Source of the DNA: Coleofasciculus chthonoplastes F2-STO-03
GTDB lineage: Bacteria > Cyanobacteriota > Cyanobacteriia > Cyanobacteriales > Coleofasciculaceae
DNA: 47,685 nucleotides
Direction: 5' to 3'
Assembly: GCA_040222015.1 (NCBI GenBank)
Contig: JAVJWO010000064.1
Span: 1 to 47,685, forward strand
The notes beneath the pieces are model-generated. The model ran no database searches and was not told the origin of the DNA. It saw nothing but the letters and a program-made list of their open reading frames with translations. Of this stretch, positions 36,670 through 46,661 are shown in pieces. How positions within the stretch are numbered: position 1 is the first letter of the stretch; each line of letters begins with the position of its first letter. Made by a program: the position numbers and the translations under genes.

Positions 36670-38526
36670 ATGATATACCCCAACCTGTTGCTTCAAAACC
36701 GTTATCGAGTCCTGCGAACACTCGGTAAAGGTGGGTTTAGTCAAACCTTTGAAGTCGATGATCAGGGAATTGCCAAAGTTCTGAAAGTTCTGAATCTGGA
36801 TCGGTTCTATAGCCATGATGCGAAAGAAAAAGCTATATCCCTCTTTCAGCGGGAAGCCACAGTCTTGAGTCGGCTTCAGCATCCCGGTATTCCTAGAGTT
36901 GAGTCAGATGGCTATTTTGTCTGGTCACAGGGGACAGAAGTCTCCCTGCACTGCATAGTCATGGAGAAAATTGAGGGGCTTACGTTAAAGCAGTGGCGAT
37001 CGCGTCGGAACAAACCGCTTCTGAGTCTAACTCAAAACCAGGCGATCGCGTGGTTGAAACAATTGGTCGATATTTTAGAACAACTGCACCAACAAGAGCT
37101 AATCCATCGAGATATCAAGCCCTCTAATATTATCCTGCGACCAAATGGACAACTAGCATTAATTGACTTTGGGGCAGTGCGGGAGATCACCGAAACCTAC
37201 TTACAACGGCAAAAACAAGATGAAACAGGCACCGTGATTATCTCCAGTGGGTATACACCACCGGAACAAATGGAAGGTAAAGCCGTGGCGCAATCGGATT
37301 TTTTTGCCCTAGGTCGCACCTTTGTCTATTTATTCACAGGCAAATCCCCCAACGATTTTGAGTCTCATCCCCGGACGGGCAAATTGCAATGGCGAGAGAG
37401 TGCGCCGCAAGTTAGCAAAGAATTAGCGGATTTAGTCGATTATCTGATGGCGACGTTTCCCGGTCAACGCCCGCAAACCCCAGCCATGATTCGCCGTTGT
37501 ATTGAAGAAATTATTGCGCCCACCCCCTCCTTGCCGCCACCAGCACCGATTCCGATCAAGAAGCGATCGCCAATTCAGTCCAAAGCCAAAGGACTGATGT
37601 CTCTAATTACTCAGTTATTGCCCATTTCCACCTCACCCAATCCCTGGGAAAAGGTGAAACTGCGTCGGACTCTTTCTGGACATACAGATGAGATTCGTGC
37701 CATTGCTATCAGTCCAGATGGTAAGACGTTAGTCAGTGGCAGTTATGATAAAACGATTAAACTGTGGGCATTACGCCTCGGCAAACCTTTGCATAACGTG
37801 ACTGGACACAGCCATCGCATCACTTGTATTGCGATTAGTCCAGATGGTCAGATTTTAGCCAGTGGCAGTTATGATAAAACCATCAAGCTGTGGTCACTTA
37901 GCACCGGAAAACTGCTCAATACCCTGGTCAGTCGTGCGGATCGGGTGCGAGATATTGTATTTAGTCCTAACGGTCAGATCCTCATCAGTAGTGGGGACTG
38001 TGAAATTAAACTCTGGGCGGTACGGACGGGCAAACTGCTACGTATTTTAGCCGGAAACTCCAATTCAGCCCGACATATTGCCTTTAACCCCGATAGTCAT
38101 AGTTGTGCCGTGGGCAGTTTGAATGGCACCCTAGAACTGTGGAATCCTCATAATGGTAAACCGCTAATCACGTTTACCAATCAATCGACGAGCATTACTT
38201 GCCTAGAATTTAGCCCAGATGGTCTGATCCTTGCCAGTGGTAGCAGTCGGGCGATCGCACTCTGGAATCCCCAAACGGGTAAATTATTACGGACGTTTGC
38301 CCCCGAGTCACCAGGGGTAGCGGCTTTGGCATTTAGTCCTGATAGTCAAGTTCTCGCCAGTGGAAGTGGTGCGCTAATTGAATTGTGGGATACTCAAAAT
38401 GGTCAACGATTAACCAAGCTGTCAGGACATACCCAACCCGTTCGTTCTCTAGGGTTTAGTCCCCATGGGGATATTCTCGTCAGTGCGGGGAGCGATCGCA
38501 AAATTAAGCTTTGGCAGTCGGTTTAA
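36670..38526 (+). CDS. Ser/Thr kinase + WD40 repeat protein
   Basis: LGKGGF, HRDIKPSN, DFG; about 7 WD40 units (GH...SPDG..L.SGS.D..IKLW). Confidence 0.94.
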   Translation: MIYPNLLLQNRYRVLRTLGKGGFSQTFEVDDQGIAKVLKVLNLDRFYSHDAKEKAISLFQREATVLSRLQHPGIPRVESDGYFVWSQGTEVSLHCIVMEKIEGLTLKQWRSRRNKPLLSLTQNQAIAWLKQLVDILEQLHQQELIHRDIKPSNIILRPNGQLALIDFGAVREITETYLQRQKQDETGTVIISSGYTPPEQMEGKAVAQSDFFALGRTFVYLFTGKSPNDFESHPRTGKLQWRESAPQVSKELADLVDYLMATFPGQRPQTPAMIRRCIEEIIAPTPSLPPPAPIPIKKRSPIQSKAKGLMSLITQLLPISTSPNPWEKVKLRRTLSGHTDEIRAIAISPDGKTLVSGSYDKTIKLWALRLGKPLHNVTGHSHRITCIAISPDGQILASGSYDKTIKLWSLSTGKLLNTLVSRADRVRDIVFSPNGQILISSGDCEIKLWAVRTGKLLRILAGNSNSARHIAFNPDSHSCAVGSLNGTLELWNPHNGKPLITFTNQSTSITCLEFSPDGLILASGSSRAIALWNPQTGKLLRTFAPESPGVAALAFSPDSQVLASGSGALIELWDTQNGQRLTKLSGHTQPVRSLGFSPHGDILVSAGSDRKIKLWQSV

Positions 38527-38530
38527 AAAA

Positions 38531-38547
38531 AGGGTGGGTTTCACCCT
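38531..38547. terminator. Short hairpin after the kinase-WD40 stop
   Basis: AGGGTG-ggttt-CACCCT flanked by A and T tracts. Confidence 0.45.
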
Positions 38548-38582
38548 AATTATTTTTTACAGTAGTGAATGGAGGATGAAAA

Positions 38583-38768
38583 ATTTTTCCAACGGCAGCC
38601 CAGGCATCGAAGTGTTACTTAGTTTGTTATGCTTTAACCATGATGTACCAGCCTATTTTCCTCGTTCGCATCGATGAACGCACAGGCAATCTGTTTATTC
38701 TGGCTGGGGACGATATAGAAATATTAATTGACCCTGATGGTGAGTTAATTTATGACGATGCAACCTAA
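38583..38768 (+). CDS. Small DUF6888-like protein (start uncertain)
   Basis: Not in ORF track: (I)FPTAAQASKCYLVCYALTMMYQPIFLVRIDERTGNLFILAGDDIEILIDPDGELIYDDAT; overlaps the next gene. Family assignment is from recall. Confidence 0.65.
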   Translation: MFPTAAQASKCYLVCYALTMMYQPIFLVRIDERTGNLFILAGDDIEILIDPDGELIYDDAT

Positions 38769-39258
38769 TTTTCAGACAATGAGCAAAAAGGAATTACGCT
38801 CCTATTTGCTGGCTCATCGAGATGACGATAGCGCTTTCTATGCTTATGCAGATAGAGTCTATGACTCGGTAGCAACAGTAGAAGCAGCCGTTTTTGAGTG
38901 GTTAAAGCGTCAGAATACTCACCAGGATATTACCAAGGTTCCGGACAAGCGTTTAAGGTTTAAAATGACAGATGAATACGAAAAAATTAAGAGAATAAAA
39001 GTGCATATAATGACTTCTTCGATAGCTAATCATAAAACCCTATTGGAGATGAATATCAAAGATATTGCTATGGATAGCAAGAAAGATGAAGTTGATTTAT
39101 TTCTAGTTTTTGTTAGTGAAAATTATCAAAATGCACTGAATTTAGAAAGAGAGCTAACAGAAGTATATTCCAACAGTATTACTAAATCTTCACGAGTTGT
39201 TGGGTATGTTGACTCGGATGGAAAATTTAAGGCAATTGAAAACCTAGATTGCATCTAA
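38752..39258 (+). CDS. DUF6887-like N-terminus with C-terminal extension
   Basis: PNFQTMSKKELRSYLLAHRDDDSAFYAY motif (recalled family) plus about 130 extra aa. Confidence 0.65.
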   Translation: MTMQPNFQTMSKKELRSYLLAHRDDDSAFYAYADRVYDSVATVEAAVFEWLKRQNTHQDITKVPDKRLRFKMTDEYEKIKRIKVHIMTSSIANHKTLLEMNIKDIAMDSKKDEVDLFLVFVSENYQNALNLERELTEVYSNSITKSSRVVGYVDSDGKFKAIENLDCI

Positions 39259-39293
39259 AATTGCTACTATCAGTTCAATTTATAGTTTGAATT

Positions 39294-40511
39294 ATGGGTA
39301 TAGATATAGAGGCGGTTAAAAAGGCAATCAAAATTCCTGAATTTAAGCATACGGAATTGCTTGAAGTTGCTCTGACGCATCCTTCATATATCTATGAAGA
39401 TCGTAACTTAGATAAGCAGCAACAAGTCAAACAGGAGCGTGATTACAGAAGGCTGGCAATTCTGGGCGATGCAATTTTCAATGCTGTTGTAATTGACTAT
39501 TTACATAAAAATGACTCTACTCTAAATCAAGGTAAAATTACTGACTTTAAAAATAACCTGGTGAGTCGGGAAAAAGCTTGTGAATTTGCACACAAGTTAA
39601 ACTTAAGGAATATCTGTAGACTTGGAGGAAGTGCAAAAGATAAAGATATAAGCGACCAAGTCAGTCTATTTGGTGAGATGTTCGAGGCATTAGTAGGCGC
39701 AATATACCTGAATTTTGAGCGCAACTTGTCTCCTGCCCGTGATTGGTTAGTTAATCACTTTATCAAACCGTCTGTGGATGAGCTGAAAGAACTGGGAGTA
39801 ACCGAAAAAGAATCATCCGAAGATAGTTCACAGACAGCTAGTACCGTAAACGCTGGCGAAGCCACTTTATGGCAAAAGAAAGCAGAAGCTGATGCGCTAA
39901 TAGCTAACAATGAGAAATTACAAGAACTTCTTACGTGGGTATATAAAAAATCTCTTCAAGTTGAACCTGATTACCAACCCGTAAAAGTCCGAGCATTTTA
40001 CCTGGCTCTCATTCGGTTGCTTGGGATTACATTTGCCCGTAAACTTGACCCTAATTGTTCTCCGGGTAAAGCTCGTCAATTTTTCTCTTGCTTTAATCGT
40101 GCCTGTGACGTTGTTCTTGATATTGCCTTTTTTGATAACCCTAATACTGATCCAGCAAATGTTATCGTTTCTGTCTTTGCCCTTGACTTTGAGCCTGAAT
40201 TGAAGCAAGCATTACAACAAATTAAAGCTGAACTGCCTGACCTTGATGAAGAGAAAGAACGTTTTGAAGATTGGCGGCAAAATAATGGTCAAGACTGGAT
40301 TGATAAAATAAAGAATATTTTAGGTCACGATTTACAGTTGAACAACGAGCAAAGGAATTTACTCAAGCAATATTATAATGCCAATAGATGTCTGTTGGAG
40401 CAGCTGAATAGCAATTCTAATGTAACTGTAACTCCCACAGTCAGAGAGGAAATTAAGAATAAGCTGTTCGGCATTGAAACCTTAATGTCAAAAACTGCAA
40501 AACCCTTGTAA
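39294..40511 (+). CDS. RNase III-domain protein fused to a NACHT-associated C-terminal helical domain
   Basis: ALTHPSY, RRLAILGDA, FEALVGAIY; C-terminus EKLQELLTWV..KS...VRAFY...W...NGQDW...GHD...QYYNAN..L..L as in cyanobacterial NACHT proteins. Confidence 0.8.
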   Translation: MGIDIEAVKKAIKIPEFKHTELLEVALTHPSYIYEDRNLDKQQQVKQERDYRRLAILGDAIFNAVVIDYLHKNDSTLNQGKITDFKNNLVSREKACEFAHKLNLRNICRLGGSAKDKDISDQVSLFGEMFEALVGAIYLNFERNLSPARDWLVNHFIKPSVDELKELGVTEKESSEDSSQTASTVNAGEATLWQKKAEADALIANNEKLQELLTWVYKKSLQVEPDYQPVKVRAFYLALIRLLGITFARKLDPNCSPGKARQFFSCFNRACDVVLDIAFFDNPNTDPANVIVSVFALDFEPELKQALQQIKAELPDLDEEKERFEDWRQNNGQDWIDKIKNILGHDLQLNNEQRNLLKQYYNANRCLLEQLNSNSNVTVTPTVREEIKNKLFGIETLMSKTAKPL

Positions 40512-40652
40512 TGCGTTAAGCGAAGCCATGCCGCAGGCTTTGCATCTTGCTCGCTACCCATTCCCAATTTAAATGCGTGACAGCTCACCTTGTTTTTACC
40601 CAAAAGATAAGTAAAATAAGACACAATGGTTATATCAATTGCTGTCGTCTCA

Positions 40653-41216
40653 CTATTTGCCTCTCTTTAACCAAGCAAACACCTGAGCAACAGTTAGATT
40701 TAATTCCAAAAACTCCGGTACAGGTAACGGATCATCACCTGTCATTTCTAAGGGTTGTTGTCCCGGCAGGAATACAATGATCAACCGTTCATCCGGGTCA
40801 ATAAACCATCCTAACTGAGTGCCGTGTCTTAGACAATGGAGAATATTTCTGATCACCTTAGTCGCATTCTGATCGGGAGAGAGAATTTCAATCGTCCAAT
40901 CGGGATGAAGCGCGAATACATTCTCTATTTCACCGTCAGCGTCAACGGGGATGCGTTCCCATTGAAAGACGGTAACATCAGGTACGATTGAACGCCCACC
41001 AAACGTGCAGCGCAGTTCTGGGAAAGCGAGGGCAATTTGCGACTCTTCAGCGACTTGGTTGATCGTATTGCAAAGTTTAAGCTGTAGCCGGGAGTGTTTG
41101 CCTTGGGGCATTGGTTTTTGGTAGATGCGACCATTGATAAATTCACTGGCAGGTTTTGTCTCTGGTAGTTGGAGGAATTGGGTTAAGGTAATGGTTTGAT
41201 CTAGTGTGGTTGTCAT
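40653..41216 (-). CDS. Uma2-family putative endonuclease
   Basis: KPMPQGKHS, PELRC, VPDV, PDWTIEILSP. Confidence 0.93.
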   Translation of the reverse strand: MTTTLDQTITLTQFLQLPETKPASEFINGRIYQKPMPQGKHSRLQLKLCNTINQVAEESQIALAFPELRCTFGGRSIVPDVTVFQWERIPVDADGEIENVFALHPDWTIEILSPDQNATKVIRNILHCLRHGTQLGWFIDPDERLIIVFLPGQQPLEMTGDDPLPVPEFLELNLTVAQVFAWLKRGK

Positions 41217-41454
41217 CGTTGTGCGATCGCGTCAGTGTTAAGTTTAGAGTGCGACAATGCCGATCAGATTTTTCACCCGTTTTAAGGGGCACAAGTGCTT
41301 AGCCTGTAGACAAAGTAGACGCTTAACTCATGATGGGGGCATGACACAGCTACAATGGTGGAATAGATTGTCAGTTAGGTCGATGCCTTCTGCCCAACCT
41401 AATCTAGGGCTAAAGCCCTTACTACTAACCTGTATGTCAAACCATAAAACCGCT

Positions 41455-41997
41455 CTAAGCTAGTTTGTATTTAATTGTTTGTTGGTCTAGGTATTGACGT
41501 ACTCCCTCACTCATCTGTAGCAGGTTTGGTTCAACTTTTTTGCTTAGAAAATCCTCAACCACTGATGCAACCTGGTTTTTTAACAATGGTGGAACTCCCT
41601 GAATCCGCTTAGGATCAATCCTGATTTCGCCACGACTTTCAATCAACGTCTGACCATGATCATTCAAAAAGCGATTCTTGCCAGCGCAGTGGACAGCTTC
41701 AGTAAAGGCGTGAGTCTGGATACTCCATACCAGAGTATAATCTGACTCATTCCAGGTATTATATTCTGTCCACTTGAGCATATCTTTGCTCAGCAGTGTT
41801 CTAACGGCGGCTGGAATCTCGCCACCACCGTGCCACTCGTTGACGGCGTGAATACATGCATTGTCTTGATGACGGGACTTCACCTCGATGCTCCGAACAT
41901 TCGTCATATAGGGGATTAACTCCATTAACCTATCACGGTAGGTCGCAAAAACAATGGAACGAGAAAAGGGAATCTGGATATCGGTAGAGATAATCAT
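41455..41997 (-). CDS. Conserved hypothetical protein, probable START/SRPBCC fold
   Basis: 180-aa ORF with a helix-grip-like pattern of beta strands and a long C-terminal helix. Confidence 0.65.
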   Translation of the reverse strand: MIISTDIQIPFSRSIVFATYRDRLMELIPYMTNVRSIEVKSRHQDNACIHAVNEWHGGGEIPAAVRTLLSKDMLKWTEYNTWNESDYTLVWSIQTHAFTEAVHCAGKNRFLNDHGQTLIESRGEIRIDPKRIQGVPPLLKNQVASVVEDFLSKKVEPNLLQMSEGVRQYLDQQTIKYKLA

Positions 41998-42425
41998 ATA
42001 TAGCTTTGGGGGTTAATTCTTCATAAATTGTAAGAGTAAGTGGCTAGAGCTAACCTCTCCTATAGGACTTATTTCCATGCGTCAGTTCAAAAATATCTCT
42101 GGGCTAATCGCGCAACTCACTTGGGGATGAAACGCGATAGGATTTAGCCCAGTGTTAAGATTCAACATTGGTGATTGGTGACCAGCAATCTGATTATTAA
42201 GCCTTTATGAGGTTTTTATGAAGCGTTGATGAAGCTTGTGTGAAACCCTGGATAACTCTTGACACTCCCATCTAAAAATTTGTAGTCGTTAAGAGAGGAG
42301 GTTTGATTGTTCCTCGCATCACAACCCAGTCGCCAGTCAAAATGAGAGTGGAGAGACAGGCATAAGTCTTATCAGTCCTAGGAACACAAACTATCGCTCA
42401 ATCGAATCTACCCTGGTGAGTTATT

Positions 42426-42650
42426 ATGCTTTTGGTTTTACTGATAACCTTAACAATCACCTTCGCAGCAGTTTGTGTGGTTGTTAACACGACAGAAGAA
42501 ATCGTCCAACTTGCCGCCGCGTTTACCGCCATGATTTGCCTGTTGGTTAGCCTGGTGCTTGCCCCTGTGTGGCTTAAGATGTTAATTGTACTCGCACCAA
42601 TGGTGATCAAAAAACTCGCGATCGCGGGTATCAGCTTCACACATTTATAA
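42426..42650 (+). CDS. Small hydrophobic membrane protein
   Basis: Two to three TM segments, EEIVQL loop, LVLAPVW; GGTGAG upstream. Confidence 0.6.
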   Translation: MLLVLLITLTITFAAVCVVVNTTEEIVQLAAAFTAMICLLVSLVLAPVWLKMLIVLAPMVIKKLAIAGISFTHL

Positions 42651-43276
42651 GTCTGATGCCTTAGGCATAAGCCTGTTGGCAGAGAGGCTGATATCTTTCA
42701 CAAGGATACTCCGTAAGGAATACCTGCTGCCATTCCTCTTAAGTAGAGCTGGCTGCAAAAACTGGAACCCCTTAAAAAGAAAGGGTTTAAGGACAATTAA
42801 AGGTTCATAAAGTGCAATAAATAAGCCTCGATAAATAAAAACTCCGACAAAATAGCGAGCCAGACGCTCGCACGACAACCGCTTCCCGTTCCCTATCCTC
42901 ACCCCAACCCTTATTCAGCAACGCCTCAGTAGGCAGAAGATTGAAGAGATTAGTCTAAAATCTTATATCTCTTCAATAAAAAATTAAACTATTGAAAATT
43001 AAAGACATATTTAAGCCACAAATAAAATAAGACTTTGCTTTAAAAATAGGATGATAAGATATTCGTGTAAAGTTAACGATCACGGCTGGATTCACCGGAA
43101 AATAAAATCACCATAAGGCTCAAAGATAATGTTAAGATTGAGCCAACAAGCTTTCCGGCTTTAGTCTCACGATTAAAACTCGTTTCCTGAAAATGGCTTT
43201 GGTGATTTTAGGCTAGTGACTTGGGAATAATAAACTCAAGCGGGCTGCTAATCCATTTATTTTAATAGTTTGACAG

Positions 43277-43876
43277 ATGCAATTTAAGAAATTAGCGCTG
43301 ATCTTCATGACAGTTACCCTACTCGTAAGCTGTTTACTGAGTATACTATCCGTGCGTTCGGAAAGTACGGATGCCAATCGTTCGGACAAAATCGCCACTA
43401 AAACCTCACCCCCCGTCATTCCACCCCCTCTGGAAACGGCGCTTGAGGAATTGCGTGTGATCCAAATCAAAATTGAAGGTGATATTCATCCCAAAGAGTA
43501 CGGCGAAGATATACGTGATCTGACACCTATCGTCGAAAATGCCTACGGGGATGCTGAGATTCTAGCCACCGTTAAATCAGCGTTAGCCGGACACCAATTA
43601 GCGGTTCAATTCTGGGAGTGCGATCGCGTTTTTGGCTATGACGAACTTTTCCAATGCCGAGATCAAGTTCTCCAAGCCGTCTTCCAAAAATATCCCGATA
43701 TCGCCGCCCAAGCCCAGGCAATCATGGCTAGCGAAAATATCACTTACATTAGTGCGGAACTGGATGAAAATTCTTTGTTAGAGGCAATTTGGGAAAAGAC
43801 GGGTACGGATACGAAAACGGCACTGCAAATGAGTAACCCAACGTCCTTGACTGCAGATAATCACACTCAAAACTAA
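43277..43876 (+). CDS. Hypothetical exported or membrane-anchored protein
   Basis: Basic-hydrophobic N-terminus; 199-aa ORF. Confidence 0.7.
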   Translation: MQFKKLALIFMTVTLLVSCLLSILSVRSESTDANRSDKIATKTSPPVIPPPLETALEELRVIQIKIEGDIHPKEYGEDIRDLTPIVENAYGDAEILATVKSALAGHQLAVQFWECDRVFGYDELFQCRDQVLQAVFQKYPDIAAQAQAIMASENITYISAELDENSLLEAIWEKTGTDTKTALQMSNPTSLTADNHTQN

Positions 43877-43963
43877 TCAGCTGTCATGCATTTAAATGTA
43901 AGTAGTCGGACACAATTAAAGTTGAGTATGAGGACAAGGGAACAGGGAATAGTAAAGAATGTC

Positions 43964-45157
43964 CTAACCTGCCTTGGTACTGCTATACTTCCCCAAAGCC
44001 AGGATTGCATTTTGCCCCCCAAAACCAAAACTCCAACATAATAGCTGGCGAACCTTGTGCCTACGGGCTTGGGTCACCAAATCTAAATCAAACGCGGGTT
44101 TGCCCAATCCTACACAAGGCGGTAATATCTGATGCTTGAGTGCCATCAAACAAAACGCGACACCGATCGCGCCCGATGCACCTAAGGTATGACCCGTGGC
44201 TCCCTTGGTTGAACTTACCGCTACTCTATGGGTAAACAAATCATCCATTAACTGGGCTTCATTTTCGTCGTTTAATCGAGTCCCTGTGCCATGAGCGTGA
44301 ATATAGTCAATCTCAGTGGGGGAAAGATGACTTCGATCTAAACATTGCTGGATTGCTGTTATCGCACTCTTGTTGCTTGACTTTGGCGTTGTAACATGGT
44401 ATGCATCACAACTGAATCCAAAACCTAATAGTTGCCCATAAATTGGCACATCACGACTTAAGGCTAATTCTGCTGACTCCAAGACCAAAACCGCTCCCCC
44501 TTCACCCAACACTAAACCCTCTCGTCGTTGGTCAAAGGGATAAGCCCCTGTTTTTGCCAAAGCCCCCATTTTGTCAAATCCTGCCAACGTTAATCGGGTA
44601 ATCGGGGCTTCCAACGCACCCGCAACAACCCGTTGACATTGACCGGTTTGGATGAGTTCAAATCCCCGTGCGATCGACCAAATTCCCGTGGCACAAGCTG
44701 CCATTGGTGCGAATACAGGTGCCATCGAGCCAATTTGCCGAGCCGCTGCGATCGCGGCTTGATGTGGCAATGTCTCTAACCAAGCCTGGGAACTAGAAAA
44801 TAGCTCCCCTATTCCGCCGCTCCCTTGTTCCCCTGCGGCTCGTATCAACTCTTCCCAAGACGCCTGACAGCCACGACTGGAGCCAACCACCACACCACAA
44901 TTAGGCATTGGTGTCTGAAGATTGGCATCAGCCAGAGCCTCGGTGACGACGACCTGAGTCAACCTCGTTAATGAACTTGGCACGGAATCGATTAGCGCCA
45001 AGGGTCGAACGGGTAGTTCTGGAAAGGGTTGAGAAGACCGAATCCCTGACTCACCATTAAGCAGTCGGAGCCAACTTTGTTCTAAACCACCTAATGCTGA
45101 GATTAGACCAATTCCTGTAACAACAACCGAATGCAAACCCAAATTTTGACCCTTCAC
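43964..45157 (-). CDS. Beta-ketoacyl-ACP synthase (FabF-like)
   Basis: VVVTGIG, MAACATG (Cys), HAHGTGT, TGHTLGA, SFGFGG. Confidence 0.92.
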   Translation of the reverse strand: MKGQNLGLHSVVVTGIGLISALGGLEQSWLRLLNGESGIRSSQPFPELPVRPLALIDSVPSSLTRLTQVVVTEALADANLQTPMPNCGVVVGSSRGCQASWEELIRAAGEQGSGGIGELFSSSQAWLETLPHQAAIAAARQIGSMAPVFAPMAACATGIWSIARGFELIQTGQCQRVVAGALEAPITRLTLAGFDKMGALAKTGAYPFDQRREGLVLGEGGAVLVLESAELALSRDVPIYGQLLGFGFSCDAYHVTTPKSSNKSAITAIQQCLDRSHLSPTEIDYIHAHGTGTRLNDENEAQLMDDLFTHRVAVSSTKGATGHTLGASGAIGVAFCLMALKHQILPPCVGLGKPAFDLDLVTQARRHKVRQLLCWSFGFGGQNAILALGKYSSTKAG

Positions 45158-45203
45158 TTCCTGCGGTTAGCTTTGCTCCCCCAGATCCCCTTGCCAAGAT
45201 GAA

Positions 45204-45986
45204 CTAGGGAGATGCTTCTGCTTCAGATTCAGGTCGTTTCAGATTTTCCAGTCCCTGGGTGACTTCGGCTGACTCGATGCGATCGCCCACTTGGATATTA
45301 TCTACCACATCCATGCCATTTTTAACATAGCCGAACACCGCATAATTTCCATCGAGAAAAGGCAGATCCGATAGCGCGATATAAAACTGGGATGAGGCGG
45401 AATCTGGCATCGATGAGCGTGCCATCGCCACAGCACCACGAGTATGCTGCAACTGGGGAGGAACAGAAATTCCAGCTTGCTCCAACGTTTTGCTATAGAT
45501 GGGAACCTCGGCATCCTTTGGCTTTATTTCTAAAGGAATGTAACGAGGCTGGCCTGTTTTCGGGTCAGTAAAACTCCCGGTTCCCAGACGCTCTACCGGA
45601 ACATTGGGGTCTTTCCCTTGGGGATCACCTCCCTGAACCACAAAGGGTTGGGGTTCACGCACGACTCGGTGAAATACTAAGCCGTTATAAAAACCCCGAT
45701 CGACCAGATCGACAAAATTCCCGGCTGTAATCGGAGCATTTGTGCCATCGACCTCAATGGTAATCGGAGCATCTTTAACCGTTAAAACAACCGTCGCTTT
45801 TCCCTCTAATTGGGGTAAGCTGCTAATTTGAGGATTAGTGACTTGAGCTACCGACGTTCCTGTTGTTGCGACTGTTGAGGAATCCGTCGTGTTTTTGGAT
45901 GCCACCTTTAACGAACTACAAGCTCCGAGACTTAAGCCAACAATTACTACCACAACCAGGAACCAGCGCCGGACGATTACTTGCAT
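45204..45986 (-). CDS. Cyclophilin-type peptidylprolyl isomerase (lipoprotein)
   Basis: LGAC lipobox; APITAGNF, FHRVV, QGGDP, AMAR, SQFYI, YAVFG. Confidence 0.93.
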   Translation of the reverse strand: MQVIVRRWFLVVVVIVGLSLGACSSLKVASKNTTDSSTVATTGTSVAQVTNPQISSLPQLEGKATVVLTVKDAPITIEVDGTNAPITAGNFVDLVDRGFYNGLVFHRVVREPQPFVVQGGDPQGKDPNVPVERLGTGSFTDPKTGQPRYIPLEIKPKDAEVPIYSKTLEQAGISVPPQLQHTRGAVAMARSSMPDSASSQFYIALSDLPFLDGNYAVFGYVKNGMDVVDNIQVGDRIESAEVTQGLENLKRPESEAEASP

Positions 45987-46094
45987 ATTTATTAACCTAC
46001 CTTCTTGTAGCTGACGCTACTTAATCATTCTGCCTTAGAGCCTTCTGCCCTCTGCCTTTTCTCTACCCAAGAGATAGTTAACCGGGATTTCCGA

Positions 46095-46661
46095 TTACAT
46101 GCCTTCTAGGGGGACAGCGAGGAAACGAGCCAGTTCTGCACCTTGGTTTTCCAGTTCCGATAGGGGTAAAGGCTGTCCCACGCGAGTGAGTGGAACCTCC
46201 CGGCGATCTTTGACGCGCAGGTAGAGAGTGCGGTTGGGATTAAGCCCTTCTTTGATCTCAACTTTAATCGATTGCACATCTTGCAGGCGGCAGCTAAACT
46301 CAACCTGGCGGTTTTTGCCAGGAAAGCCCCAACGGAACACTTTAACCATTCCAGTTTCCTTGTTGAACTCATTGTATCCACCGCCAACATCCCAAAGGAT
46401 AACCAGCCAGAGATAGAGGGCAAAGAGCAAGCCGGCAATCCCGTAAAAGCTCATGGCGATGCCTTGAGGGATAAACTGTAAACCTCTGGTATCGCCAACA
46501 GGCAAGAGATCGCGTTGAAAATAACTGGAAAGTCCAGCTAAAAGAAATCCCGTACCGCCGATTGAGGCGACAACTGCCCACCAGTAGTTGCTGAACCGCC
46601 GAGAACCTAGAACAGATTGACGGAGTACGCGGTTCTCTTGTTGGGTTTGGGTGGCTGTCAT
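46095..46661 (-). CDS. ycf4: Photosystem I assembly protein Ycf4
   Basis: [49 protein letters not shown]. Confidence 0.98.
   Translation of the reverse strand: MTATQTQQENRVLRQSVLGSRRFSNYWWAVVASIGGTGFLLAGLSSYFQRDLLPVGDTRGLQFIPQGIAMSFYGIAGLLFALYLWLVILWDVGGGYNEFNKETGMVKVFRWGFPGKNRQVEFSCRLQDVQSIKVEIKEGLNPNRTLYLRVKDRREVPLTRVGQPLPLSELENQGAELARFLAVPLEGM

Noticed and set aside
39294..40511. Housekeeping rnc (RNase III)
   Set aside because: Signature is degenerate, there is no dsRNA-binding domain, and the C-terminal domain is unrelated.
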